DNA of 64,000 bases, from the IMG/VR virus record IMGVR_UViG_3300017991_005548, positions 62,001-126,000 of that record; one strand, 5' to 3'. The notes under the pieces were generated by a model. That model was not told where the DNA came from. It made no database searches and saw only the letters and a list, made by a program, of their open reading frames with translations. Numbering within the stretch: the first letter of the stretch is position 1; every line of letters starts with the position of its first letter. Positions 8,428 to 17,376 of this stretch are shown piece by piece. Made by a program: the position numbers and the translations under genes.

Positions 8428-8503
8428 TGGTGACCCCAGTGGGAATCGAACCCAACCTTCCCAGGATGAAAACCTGGTGTCCTAGCCGATAGACGATGGG
8501 GCC
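8428..8503 (-). tRNA. tRNA-Glu(TTC)
   Basis: CCAGG-TTTTCAT-CCTGG, CCA. Confidence 0.95.
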
Positions 8504-8512
8504 ATGGACAAT

Positions 8513-8578
8513 AAAAAAGCCCTCCTAACGCAAGCTAAGAGGGCACAAAAAAAGCCCTCCCGCTCATGGCAGAAGGGC
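8513..8578 (-). terminator. two tandem intrinsic terminators of the Glu/Pro attenuator
   Basis: GCCCT...AGGGC+U7 (8547-8578) and GCCCTC...GAGGGC+U6 (8513-8544). Confidence 0.8.
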
Positions 8579-8600
8579 CAAAATCATAGTTATGATCTAA

Positions 8601-8678
8601 CTACAGATCGGCTGACCTCCTGCCAAAGGCTGGCGGTTCTTCTCGTTCTGGTTCTCGAATGTACATGTAGTTGTTCAT
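8601..8678 (-). CDS. Glu/Pro attenuator leader peptide MNNYMYIREPEREEPPAFGRRSADL
   Basis: 25 codons with GAA x4 and CCA/CCG x3; RBS AAAGGA. Confidence 0.8.
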   Translation of the reverse strand: MNNYMYIREPEREEPPAFGRRSADL

Positions 8679-8703
8679 AACAAATTTTCCTTTCGTTACC
8701 CCC

Positions 8704-8731
8704 ATTATAAACCATCCTAGAGACTTTTCAA
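8704..8731 (-). promoter_or_regulatory. promoter of the Glu/Pro tRNA operon
   Basis: TTGAAA-N16-TATAAT. Confidence 0.8.
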
Positions 8732-8815
8732 GTCGAATTTGAAAATTTTTAGCAAAGTAATAAAAATAAAACGATTATGGCGACTTCCATATATACTGGA
8801 TTACACCAGAAACAA

Positions 8816-9076
8816 CTAGTCTTGCTTAGAAATTGTCTCAACATCTATATAATTCTTCCCCGTTAAAATCCAATTCTTCACTAACTTTTGCAAACATCTT
8901 GAGCAAAGAGCCGCTTCCTCATCTTTGACATCAAAATTATTCAAAGAGATCTGAATACAGACTTTCTTCCCCTTATTGTCCATCTCTATAGTAAACTCTT
9001 GGTCACCAAGTACCCCCGTTTCTGGAGTTACTTGGCAACCACAAGAGTCACATAGATATTCTATCTTAATCGCCAT
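8816..9076 (-). CDS. hypothetical protein with CxxC pairs
   Basis: CDSC...CSRC. Confidence 0.6.
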   Translation of the reverse strand: MAIKIEYLCDSCGCQVTPETGVLGDQEFTIEMDNKGKKVCIQISLNNFDVKDEEAALCSRCLQKLVKNWILTGKNYIDVETISKQD

Positions 9077-9594
9077 TACTTCTGAAAAACTCTTGCTCTT
9101 TTGGCATGAGATTGTCTAGCGGCAACCATTCGTGGATCATCATCAGCCAAACTCAATCCTTGTTCTGCTCCCAAAAGGAAAGAGTCAACGACTTCACGGG
9201 CCAATTTATGATTTTCTCCCCATTCTGGGTTTGTGGCAAATAGAAGGTCAATACCATTCAAAAGAGCCAAAGAGCCTGCTAAGGCCAAAGGGCGTTCGTT
9301 TGGCTTAATTTTACCCTCTGCAACGGCTTTATCGAGGTAATCCTCAACAACAGGGAAAAGAACCTGGGTATAGGTTGCTCCTTGAGAGGTATCAGCGGTT
9401 ACACCTTTGATAACTCCAATAACTTCTTTTACAACTGCCATTTCTTCTGGAGTTGGGTCGTCATAAGCAACCCAGGTTACTGAGGCACCTAAACCTGCGT
9501 TCAGAGCTACTACTTTTGCTTGGCTTGGTGTACAACCAGTTAATGGGATCATCAACATGGCTACGATTGCGGTGAAAAACATACTTCTTTTCAT
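9076..9594 (-). CDS. putative lipoprotein
   Basis: Signal peptide with lipobox LTGC. Confidence 0.65.
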   Translation of the reverse strand: MKRSMFFTAIVAMLMIPLTGCTPSQAKVVALNAGLGASVTWVAYDDPTPEEMAVVKEVIGVIKGVTADTSQGATYTQVLFPVVEDYLDKAVAEGKIKPNERPLALAGSLALLNGIDLLFATNPEWGENHKLAREVVDSFLLGAEQGLSLADDDPRMVAARQSHAKRARVFQK

Positions 9595-10112
9595 TTCAAG
9601 TTCTCCTTATTTTTGGTTAATTTTACTGAAATAAATCTTGGTTCATCTTTTCTACTAGTGACAGTCGCAAAATCAGAGCATTTTTCTACAATTTCGTCCA
9701 TTTTGCTCTTCGCAACATTAATATTTACTCTACGTCTGATCTTCATGGTGAAATGAAGTTCATGGCCATGATCAATAAACTCTTGAGCGTGTTTCATTTT
9801 ATGCTCAACATCATGATCGTCAATCGAAGGAGTAAAACGTATCTCCTTCATCTCATGTTTTTGATCTTTTTGTTGCTTCTTTTGTTTTTTACCTTTTTGA
9901 TATTTCCACTTACCGTAATCAATCAACTTACATAATGGGTTGTTCTTCTCGGTTTCCCCAGAGAAACAAACTAGGTCTAAACCTTTGTCCTGAGCTATCT
10001 CAATAGCATCAAGTGTTTTGATTTCTCTGTGAAATTTGTTATTTTCATCAACCAAATCAAGAATGACGAAGCTTTTGCTGTCAACGACCAAGAACGGTTC
10101 CATGGACTTCAA
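9591..10112 (-). CDS. infC: translation initiation factor IF-3
   Basis: AQDKGLDLV...CKLIDYGKWKYQ...KEIRFTPSIDDHD signature. Confidence 0.9.
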   Translation of the reverse strand: MKSMEPFLVVDSKSFVILDLVDENNKFHREIKTLDAIEIAQDKGLDLVCFSGETEKNNPLCKLIDYGKWKYQKGKKQKKQQKDQKHEMKEIRFTPSIDDHDVEHKMKHAQEFIDHGHELHFTMKIRRRVNINVAKSKMDEIVEKCSDFATVTSRKDEPRFISVKLTKNKENLK

Positions 10113-10123
10113 TGGTGTCCCTC

Positions 10124-10381
10124 CTATTTTGTGTAGTAATCTTTCATTTCTTTGATTAAGACTTCCAATTTCTCCTGATAAGCCTTCATTTCGACTATGT
10201 TGTTCCTCAGAAGAACGGCGTTGCCTTTATCTAAATACAACCTATCACCCTCTTTTTCAAACGCTGGTTGCGTTAAAACAGGTTTCTCAGGCATAACCCA
10301 TGCTTTACCAACTGGATTCGTATGATGACATCCAGTGAAGACAAACAAACTAAAACATGCTATTAAGATCGTCTTGTACAT
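10124..10381 (-). CDS. small lipoprotein (possible o-spanin)
   Basis: Lipobox FTGC, Pro-containing N-region, coiled C-terminus; overlaps upstream ORF. Confidence 0.5.
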   Translation of the reverse strand: MYKTILIACFSLFVFTGCHHTNPVGKAWVMPEKPVLTQPAFEKEGDRLYLDKGNAVLLRNNIVEMKAYQEKLEVLIKEMKDYYTK

Positions 10382-10568
10382 CGTCTAAATCCTCACTCTC
10401 TTTCTGCTCTTCCTTCTCTTCATCAATTTTATCATATTCTTCTTTCAGTGTCTCTTGAATTTCCTGGGCCTGAGCTTCTTGCTCTTCTTTCTCTTCCTTC
10501 TTCTTAGTAAAGAAGTAATCGAGAATAGTTTTGATAAGATCCCATAAACTCGTTCCTTTTTTACCCAT
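10350..10568 (-). CDS. acidic coiled-coil small protein
   Basis: ORF track, RBS GGAGG. Confidence 0.5.
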   Translation of the reverse strand: MGKKGTSLWDLIKTILDYFFTKKKEEKEEQEAQAQEIQETLKEEYDKIDEEKEEQKESEDLDDVQDDLNSMF

Positions 10569-10618
10569 GATATAGTCCCTCCAAATAGTTCTACCAGACT
10601 CTTTCTGAAAAATTGTTT

Positions 10619-10984
10619 TTAATCCTCTGCATTTTCCGACAATTTATTCACCTGAAGAACTACAGTATGTCTAGGTCTCCACCCAACAGTTTTTGCCGCC
10701 AGAATAGCTGATTTAGCTTTCACTTCAACTATTTGATCAGTTCTTTTATTTCTAATAACATAAGAGGTATCTATTTCATCCTTCTTATTATCGTATTTGC
10801 TTTTCTTCATGGCTTTGAATTCTTTGGCCCCTACGTGGACTTCAGGTTCCTTATCGACCTTTTTCGTAGCGTCAAGCAAATCGTTTTTTCTGAGAGAGTC
10901 AACAAGTTTTTTCGATACATTCTTATCCATCGGTATAAGCCTCAAAATTAAGATCTTCAAAGCAGAAGCCAAGAAGGGGTTCAA
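10619..10984 (-). CDS. hypothetical protein
   Basis: ORF track, in - strand gene run. Confidence 0.55.
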   Translation of the reverse strand: MNPFLASALKILILRLIPMDKNVSKKLVDSLRKNDLLDATKKVDKEPEVHVGAKEFKAMKKSKYDNKKDEIDTSYVIRNKRTDQIVEVKAKSAILAAKTVGWRPRHTVVLQVNKLSENAED

Positions 10985-11348
10985 TTAGCTCATCCAGAGG
11001 AACATTATTTTTTCTAGCTTTTTCTCTGATGTTATGAGCAAACATATTAGCGGACTCAACGAAGTTTTTTAATTCTTCGATATTATTGGATTCCAAAGTG
11101 CCAATCCATGTTGCTATTGGCTGATTGCAGGAACATTTGATTACACAACTTCCATGAACATGATCTACTTCCAATTCAAGGAACTCAAACTCAGTGCAAT
11201 CTTCTAAATGTTGTTTAATATCTTCTTCGAAACTCATGAGAATTGAACTTTTTTCTTTGAAATAATAGACTTTGTGCAAAAATGTATTTATATCGATAAT
11301 CCCTTCTGCACGTAATTTAATAAGACGATCTAATTCTTTAGAGTCCAT
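10923..11348 (-). CDS. hypothetical protein
   Basis: ORF track. Confidence 0.5.
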   Translation of the reverse strand: MDSKELDRLIKLRAEGIIDINTFLHKVYYFKEKSSILMSFEEDIKQHLEDCTEFEFLELEVDHVHGSCVIKCSCNQPIATWIGTLESNNIEELKNFVESANMFAHNIREKARKNNVPLDELIEPLLGFCFEDLNFEAYTDG

Positions 11349-11370
11349 TATAGCTGTTTTGAAAATGTTT

Positions 11371-11712
11371 TCAAGTTTCGTTGCTTCTTACCCATTCAGG
11401 CACTTCGCCTTCTTCCCAACGGATAGCTCTGTCCAAATCTTCTTGAGTGGGCATCAGAATATTGTTTGATATCATATAATTCTGCCAATCTTCCCCAAAC
11501 TGTTCTCGGCATAAAGCTTGACCCCAATCAAACAACTCTCCTGAAATTGAGTAAACGGTATTCCCATGTTTCTCATTCATTCTCTTGACCCATTCAAAAA
11601 CACCTAATACTACTTGTTTTTGCTGTTCTTCGAGACTCATTTGATCTACTGCTTCTTCTACTACCTCATTTGATTCTTGAGTAATGTCCATTTTTTCCTC
11701 AATGGTTTTCAA
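11371..11712 (-). CDS. hypothetical protein
   Basis: ORF track. Confidence 0.6.
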   Translation of the reverse strand: MKTIEEKMDITQESNEVVEEAVDQMSLEEQQKQVVLGVFEWVKRMNEKHGNTVYSISGELFDWGQALCREQFGEDWQNYMISNNILMPTQEDLDRAIRWEEGEVPEWVRSNET

Positions 11713-11749
11713 ATCAATTTGTTTTTTATTATACAGTCGATTTTCTCCA

Positions 11750-11853
11750 AAACAGTTTTTAAACGGTTTTAAACTGTTTATAAATGCAATTTCAGGTCGG
11801 TTGGTAAGTGTACACTCCCCCTATAGCAGGAAGGAGGAGTAATACACTTACCA
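11750..11853. repeat. palindromic AT-rich repeats plus long inverted repeat
   Basis: AAACAGTTTTTAAACGGTTTTAAACTGTTT; TGGTAAGTGTA (11802-11812)/TACACTTACCA (11843-11853). Confidence 0.6.
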
Positions 11854-11876
11854 GAGGCAGTTTATAACTGCAATTT

Positions 11877-12133
11877 CCAGTATAGGCAGTTTCATGTCAC
11901 GATAGTGTTGAGGACTGGATTACCTCGGGTAGGTTAGCGGTCACCACTACACTATACTCCCAGAATAAAATTCTCTAACGGTCGGCTTAAAGCTCGGTCA
12001 CTTTTCGTTTTAGCGCCATATTCATTGCTTCCTGGGCTTTACCCGTCTCGGAACCCAGCCCCTAGCCAACTAACCTAGAATAGTCAATCTGACTGGGGTA
12101 CAGCGCCCTACCGTATCAATCCATTTCGGTAGG
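11877..12133 (-). ncRNA. candidate structured ncRNA
   Basis: ORF-free, GC-enriched; helices CCTACCG/CGGTAGG, TAGGTTAGT/GCTAACCTA, CTGGG/CCCAG. Confidence 0.4.
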
Positions 12134-12175
12134 ATTTTGAATATTTCTGCTGATTTTAGTCTGGTAGTATTTTAG

Positions 12176-12601
12176 TTATTCAGTTTCTTTGAATAAAAAT
12201 TTATGTTCAGAAAAGTATTCGTTAATACAACAACATGTTTTTGGATGTTTGTTGTTCCCATTTCCATGATGAGTCATGATTTTTTTATCATCAAGTAAAT
12301 ATATCCATTCGGCCCAGTACCCATCACTATCGTCATATCTTATTACTCTTCCTAAATCATCATACTTGTACTCTTCCCAAAGCTGATCCCCATTTTTGTC
12401 AATATCGCTGTTCCATCTGGTTAATAAGCCTTTTGTGTAATGCTTTTCATCCCATGAACCATCGTCATAATCAGTCCTGACAACGCATGCATGAGTTGTC
12501 ATCTCGGCCCCTTGGAAGTTTACTCGGATCTCTTTGCCGCACCTCTTGCAAATTTTGGCATAATAGCTCTGGACCTTTCCATTGGGCAGTATTTCACCCA
12601 T
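12176..12601 (-). CDS. hypothetical protein, N-terminal CxxC and YD-like repeats
   Basis: CKRC; YKYDDLGRVIRYDDSDGYW, similar to ORF 5275-5619. Confidence 0.6.
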   Translation of the reverse strand: MGEILPNGKVQSYYAKICKRCGKEIRVNFQGAEMTTHACVVRTDYDDGSWDEKHYTKGLLTRWNSDIDKNGDQLWEEYKYDDLGRVIRYDDSDGYWAEWIYLLDDKKIMTHHGNGNNKHPKTCCCINEYFSEHKFLFKETE

Positions 12602-12609
12602 AATTTACC

Positions 12610-13545
12610 TCACTCAAACAGTGGATCTTTAAATTCACAAACTCTTCCATCATGATAGAAAACTCTGTCATATGGATGGACTTCTTGTCCCCAGAGATGT
12701 CTCAGTACTTCTAATGTATAGCTTCCCTGACAGCATTTCAAGTCAAAATTTCCGTCAGGGTATCTTTTTACAAAAGCACAGGATGATTTCATCTTAATTG
12801 GCTCAATCACAAAGTCTTGAACTCTTGTCTTTATCTCGTAACCATTTACGTTACAATTTTCCAGTATTTTTCGCATATCTTGTACTGGCATCGGAATAAG
12901 ATGGTCTGATTGACGTAAAATAAGCTCATCGGAAGAGATCATACTAAGATCATAGTTGGCGTTATGGACTGTCAGATGACCCCAAACAGCCCACATGATC
13001 TTTTTAGTGATGGTTTGTTGCTTTTTTGGGGACAAATTGCCGAAAATTATCTGTCGAATCTTTTTTGATTTCTTGAAGTATTCTAAATCTGTAAAATTCG
13101 AGACGAATTCGTCATAACTATCACAATTTTGAACTAACTCAGGGAAAGTCATCCGAAAAGTTTGAAAATTTGCCGAAACCAGGTCTACAGAGACCATTTG
13201 CTTCCCTACATTGTCATGTTTATAGACACATTTATCTGGAACTTTGCGGTTCAAACTAGTTTGGTGGATCGCATGGTCCTCATCTGTAACAAAATCCTGA
13301 TATTTACTGTGATCTTTGACTGAATCAATGATACTTTCGCGAGTGGCCTTCATATATGCCAAGAAATCGCCCTCATTTCCAAATCGAGCCAATGCCTCAC
13401 CAAGCATATCAACTTTACATAAAGTTTCATACTGCCTATTCAGGGCAAGTATCTGGTGTTCGAAATAGGGGTCTTGCACCACAGAAATAGGAAGACTGTA
13501 GTCTTTGACGAAACTGCGTCTTAGTGAATGAGACCAGTTTTTCAT
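12610..13545 (-). CDS. hypothetical protein with polymerase-palm-like motifs
   Basis: VDLVSANF, KKIRQIIFG, SSDEL resemble motifs A/B/C; inference. Confidence 0.35.
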   Translation of the reverse strand: MKNWSHSLRRSFVKDYSLPISVVQDPYFEHQILALNRQYETLCKVDMLGEALARFGNEGDFLAYMKATRESIIDSVKDHSKYQDFVTDEDHAIHQTSLNRKVPDKCVYKHDNVGKQMVSVDLVSANFQTFRMTFPELVQNCDSYDEFVSNFTDLEYFKKSKKIRQIIFGNLSPKKQQTITKKIMWAVWGHLTVHNANYDLSMISSDELILRQSDHLIPMPVQDMRKILENCNVNGYEIKTRVQDFVIEPIKMKSSCAFVKRYPDGNFDLKCCQGSYTLEVLRHLWGQEVHPYDRVFYHDGRVCEFKDPLFE

Positions 13546-13571
13546 TGTGTTGCTCCGATAAAATCAGATGA

Positions 13572-14009
13572 TTAGTCGAACAGATCTTGTAAAAAGCCTT
13601 TCTCAGGTATATCTTCAGGGTTCTTCTTGGCCCTGGTCATACCGTTGTTTATTACTGTACTGTTTAATCTAACGACCTTTTCTCGTTTGTCAAGGTCTTT
13701 TATCTTAACAAAGTAACTTTTTGCATTTCCAAGTCTGTAGAGCTTACCTAAATCCATTACATCTTCAAAATCACAGTATTTGACTTCTTGAATCTTGTTT
13801 AGATCACTTTGGGAGAAGAGGAAACATCTTTCATTCTCATCATATTTGTTCTCAACCCAAAGTGCATAGTAGAATTCGCTTTCTACAGCTTTTTTGTTTT
13901 TATTAGGCAGTTTCACCATTTTTCCGTGAACTGCATTGGCATTTCTAAAGAGTCCCATAATAGCCTCCATTGTTTTAATCAATGGATTTATTCTGGAAAA
14001 CTTTTTCAA
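13572..14009 (-). CDS. hypothetical protein
   Basis: ORF track. Confidence 0.55.
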   Translation of the reverse strand: MKKFSRINPLIKTMEAIMGLFRNANAVHGKMVKLPNKNKKAVESEFYYALWVENKYDENERCFLFSQSDLNKIQEVKYCDFEDVMDLGKLYRLGNAKSYFVKIKDLDKREKVVRLNSTVINNGMTRAKKNPEDIPEKGFLQDLFD

Positions 14010-14018
14010 CTACCTTTA

Positions 14019-14360
14019 TTAGTCAGCCAAAACAACCAGCATGTGGTCATCATCAAAAATCTCAACATTATCTATGACAATATAGTGAGTATCTTGTTTG
14101 ATAAACTCTTCTAATAATTGAGAAGCGATGTGATGTAGTCCATCGTCAGTAATGAAATAGGAAAATTCCTGTATTGATCTCACTACATCAATTTCATCTG
14201 AGAATTGGATGAGAATTTGGAATAATTTCGGGACATCTTCATGAGAGATGTCGAATTCTTGAGTGAGATTTTTCGTTCTGACCCATTTTAGGAACTCAAC
14301 TTTGAAATTTTCGTCCCTTTTGTGTTTAAGTATGGTGACATGAGGCATTTTACCACTCAA
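14019..14360 (-). CDS. hypothetical protein
   Basis: ORF track. Confidence 0.5.
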   Translation of the reverse strand: MSGKMPHVTILKHKRDENFKVEFLKWVRTKNLTQEFDISHEDVPKLFQILIQFSDEIDVVRSIQEFSYFITDDGLHHIASQLLEEFIKQDTHYIVIDNVEIFDDDHMLVVLAD

Positions 14361-14898
14361 TCGCTTTCGTAAACTTAACGTTGGTCTCTGATTTCAGTCT
14401 TTTCCGTAGTTTTGAAAAATCTTCTCTGCCAGTCCCAGGTCTTCTTTCATAATGATATTCCACAAACATCAAATCGACATAATGAATTGATCCTTCGTTT
14501 AGCATATGGTAGAGGATATCGTATTCAGCACCCTCTATATCCATTTTTACGACAATGTAGTCATCTGGAGAGAAATTATCTTTAATCCATTTGTCAAAAT
14601 CGATACACTCAATAGTTCGTTTCTTCTCTCTTCTTGGTTTACTTGGGTTAGGAAAGACACTATTGGCCTGACCATATACCCTTCCGCTTGCATAAAAAGA
14701 AATTTCGCCATCAAAAGTCCATAGTGCTTTATTAAAGAAGGTAATATTCTTCTTTTTCATCTCTTCATCGTGATTATCTGGCATTTTATTTGGGTCAAAT
14801 GCAAAGAATTCAAAAGAGTCATCGTATTCTGGCCTTTTTTTAAAAAGCCTAATACCTTTACCTCTATAATATCCACAATCTATAAAAATTTTTCTCAT
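14350..14898 (-). CDS. FkbM-family methyltransferase
   Basis: IFIDCGYYRG, FDPN, VKMDIEGAEY. Confidence 0.8.
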   Translation of the reverse strand: MRKIFIDCGYYRGKGIRLFKKRPEYDDSFEFFAFDPNKMPDNHDEEMKKKNITFFNKALWTFDGEISFYASGRVYGQANSVFPNPSKPRREKKRTIECIDFDKWIKDNFSPDDYIVVKMDIEGAEYDILYHMLNEGSIHYVDLMFVEYHYERRPGTGREDFSKLRKRLKSETNVKFTKAIEW

Positions 14899-16304
14899 TG
14901 TTTCACCTCTACCTCATTATACAAAAGGTCTTTATATGCCCTCAAAAGCTTCAGTTTATTTTCTTTGCCTATTGTCCAGTTTGCATGAAACGTTTTTATT
15001 GGGTAATCGGGCAAAGGTATTTTACCTCCATCATAATGAACTTCATTTGTGACTCTCCATACGGAAAAATACTCTTTGGGAAGCTGACAGATTTTAAATT
15101 TAGTCTTCATTTTTTTTCGAAAAGTTCTCAAAGCATTATCCATGTTATCTTGGTCATCTCTACTGGAATCATAAACCTGTTCATAGTAATCAAAGAAACT
15201 CCGAACTCTATCGGTAACTCTTGCGGCGAACAAACCAGTACAATGTATGTAGTTAGAATCCATTTGAAACACCATATCACTACCCGTTAAATGTTTTTCA
15301 ATATCTTTGCGAATACTATTGAGAAATAGTACATCTACGTCTGAAAACAATACATAATCATTTTTTGATGACCTGAACTCTTCTATTATTTTTGAAGCTT
15401 TTAGCCGAGTAACATCAAACCACCCAGATTTATAATAGTCACCACATGAACCTTTTTGATCTATTTCAACAAATTTTAAGTCATATTCATTCGCCAGGAA
15501 TTTATCGAACGATGGTTTGAAGAAATTTTTATAATAATCTAAATGTGATTTTGATGCAACGGCGAATAATATAGGTTTTATTATCTCTCCATCTGAGGTC
15601 CTCCTAAAAACGATCCTATGACGGTCCAAGATGCCCTGAGTTCTATACTTTTTGCCACAAATATCCTCTTTAATCAATGCCGCTGGCCCTTTATACGAAT
15701 CGCTCAGCCCTCTATAGTTTCTTATATTGGAAGCATGATGGTGTATGGCTTTAATATGTGGGTAACCGTTTTTCATTTCTAAACCAGCGAACTGCGCCTC
15801 ATATGCAAAGGAACTTTCGCAGTTTCCTTTACCAAGAAGAAAGTCACAATCGAATTTTATCATGGGAGTCTTAAAAGCCCATGCGTCATGAGAATATCTA
15901 GGGTCAACTCGGAAAAGTGAACCTTCTGGAGTTCGATAGTTTTTGGGGCTGGAAATTTTACCGTTTTTTAACATGTCATGTCTAGTGATAACAACAATCA
16001 GATTATTCCAATCCATTTTTTCAAGAAAGTTTAGTGATTGATCAAAGAAGATGTCATTATTTGCTAACAGGAAGATGTCATTTGTACCCATTTCGTTAGC
16101 GAACTTGATAGCATCAGAATATTGCAACCTTTGGCCTATAATTATTTGACATATCTTGTCTGAGCTAAAGGAATATTTTGTTTCATTTAGCAAATATATC
16201 TTTGATATAAATGGATTATCAACATTTCGTTGCAATGTCTCGTCAATTTCTTTTTGACGATCAGGATCTTTATCCACATAGTATTGGCAAATGAGATTAA
16301 TCAT
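14895..16304 (-). CDS. two-domain glycosyltransferase-like protein (C-terminal nucleotide-diphospho-sugar transferase)
   Basis: LANNDIFFD in N-domain; LFSDVDVLF...FQMD...CTGLF...DDQ in C-domain. Confidence 0.65.
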   Translation of the reverse strand: MINLICQYYVDKDPDRQKEIDETLQRNVDNPFISKIYLLNETKYSFSSDKICQIIIGQRLQYSDAIKFANEMGTNDIFLLANNDIFFDQSLNFLEKMDWNNLIVVITRHDMLKNGKISSPKNYRTPEGSLFRVDPRYSHDAWAFKTPMIKFDCDFLLGKGNCESSFAYEAQFAGLEMKNGYPHIKAIHHHASNIRNYRGLSDSYKGPAALIKEDICGKKYRTQGILDRHRIVFRRTSDGEIIKPILFAVASKSHLDYYKNFFKPSFDKFLANEYDLKFVEIDQKGSCGDYYKSGWFDVTRLKASKIIEEFRSSKNDYVLFSDVDVLFLNSIRKDIEKHLTGSDMVFQMDSNYIHCTGLFAARVTDRVRSFFDYYEQVYDSSRDDQDNMDNALRTFRKKMKTKFKICQLPKEYFSVWRVTNEVHYDGGKIPLPDYPIKTFHANWTIGKENKLKLLRAYKDLLYNEVEVKQ

Positions 16305-16406
16305 ACGTTTTTATTCAAAACTGGATGCAGTTCTTCCTATTGTGTTTGGTAGGGTTTCCGGTTTTGGGAAGAGAATTATTTGTGAGGATTAAATAGAGTT
16401 TGAATT

Positions 16407-17366
16407 ATGGCAGATAAAATATTTGATGATTATCATGGACCATCTATTAAAATAAATGGAGTTTGCTATAAGTGGATAGGCGAAACAACTGCTTCAAAGA
16501 ATGCAGAACCATCTGATATTGGTGGTTTTTATGATTCCTGTTTAGAATGTAATTTAGAATCAAGTTCTTCAAGTTCTGAGGGTCCACCTGCGCAACGGTC
16601 AGTAAGGCTTGGACCGTCGCAAACTGGCTGGGGTGGTTATCTGGGATACTCAGGAGGGATTATTTCCCCATATGACGAGCCAGACGATTTGAGCGGCCAG
16701 CAGGTTGCATATTCTATTTGGCTTAAGGTTGATGGAGGGGTTGGGTATGTAATGAGTGAGTTCGACAGTAGCTCTAATTTTGTCAATGGGATATACGGTG
16801 CTGGTAACGGTTGGGGGCCGAGATGGGCATGGCCAGGAAATCTTGATAGCGGTATTGGCGGAATCGCTGATAATCTGCCAGGGAACTGGAAACACGTTTT
16901 CTGTGGGTTTTTGCCAGACCAACCCCCAGATGTAGACAACAACGCACGAAAAGTCTATCTATGGGAAGATGGTGTCCGAAAAACCCGACCTGCACATCAG
17001 TATTTTGGGGATGACCAACCTGAAGCCGCCAACTCCTACTTGGGAAATTGGGGAGGAAAAGTGATAGCGTGTTGTTTTGGTGTTTGGAAGTTCGCCACTC
17101 AATTGACACTGTCTGAGATGGATGACATGGCGAGTTATCTCCGAAACAGTGGTGACGCTTTCTTATATGAGGACATGGTTTCAGATGGCGGTTCAGATTT
17201 ACATCTAACTGATTTAGTCCACTTTTACAATCTGAATGAGTATAGTGATGGAAGTACTGCGGTAACAAGAGAAGATAAGGTTGGAAACAAAGATTATATT
17301 GCATATGAGGGAGGTGGGTCTATAGAAGGCTATCCAGTATCTTCAACCGACTTCCCATCATCTTAA
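16407..17366 (+). CDS. repeat-family protein 1 (shared Cys N-domain, Ser linker, LamG-like C-domain)
   Basis: IFDDYxGPSIKINGVCYK...C..C.ESSSS N-terminus; YSIWLK...WKHV...W C-domain. Confidence 0.65.
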   Translation: MADKIFDDYHGPSIKINGVCYKWIGETTASKNAEPSDIGGFYDSCLECNLESSSSSSEGPPAQRSVRLGPSQTGWGGYLGYSGGIISPYDEPDDLSGQQVAYSIWLKVDGGVGYVMSEFDSSSNFVNGIYGAGNGWGPRWAWPGNLDSGIGGIADNLPGNWKHVFCGFLPDQPPDVDNNARKVYLWEDGVRKTRPAHQYFGDDQPEAANSYLGNWGGKVIACCFGVWKFATQLTLSEMDDMASYLRNSGDAFLYEDMVSDGGSDLHLTDLVHFYNLNEYSDGSTAVTREDKVGNKDYIAYEGGGSIEGYPVSSTDFPSS

Positions 17367-17376
17367 GGAGTAAATC

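Noticed and set aside
10124-10568. Confident spanin pair call
   Set aside because: The lipoprotein fits an o-spanin, but the partner lacks a clear transmembrane helix and no lysin or holin is adjacent.
11877-12133. tmRNA or group I intron
   Set aside because: GGGGCTG and GACTA-like words occur, but there is no T arm/CCA end, no ALAA-type tag and no G-C pair for P7.
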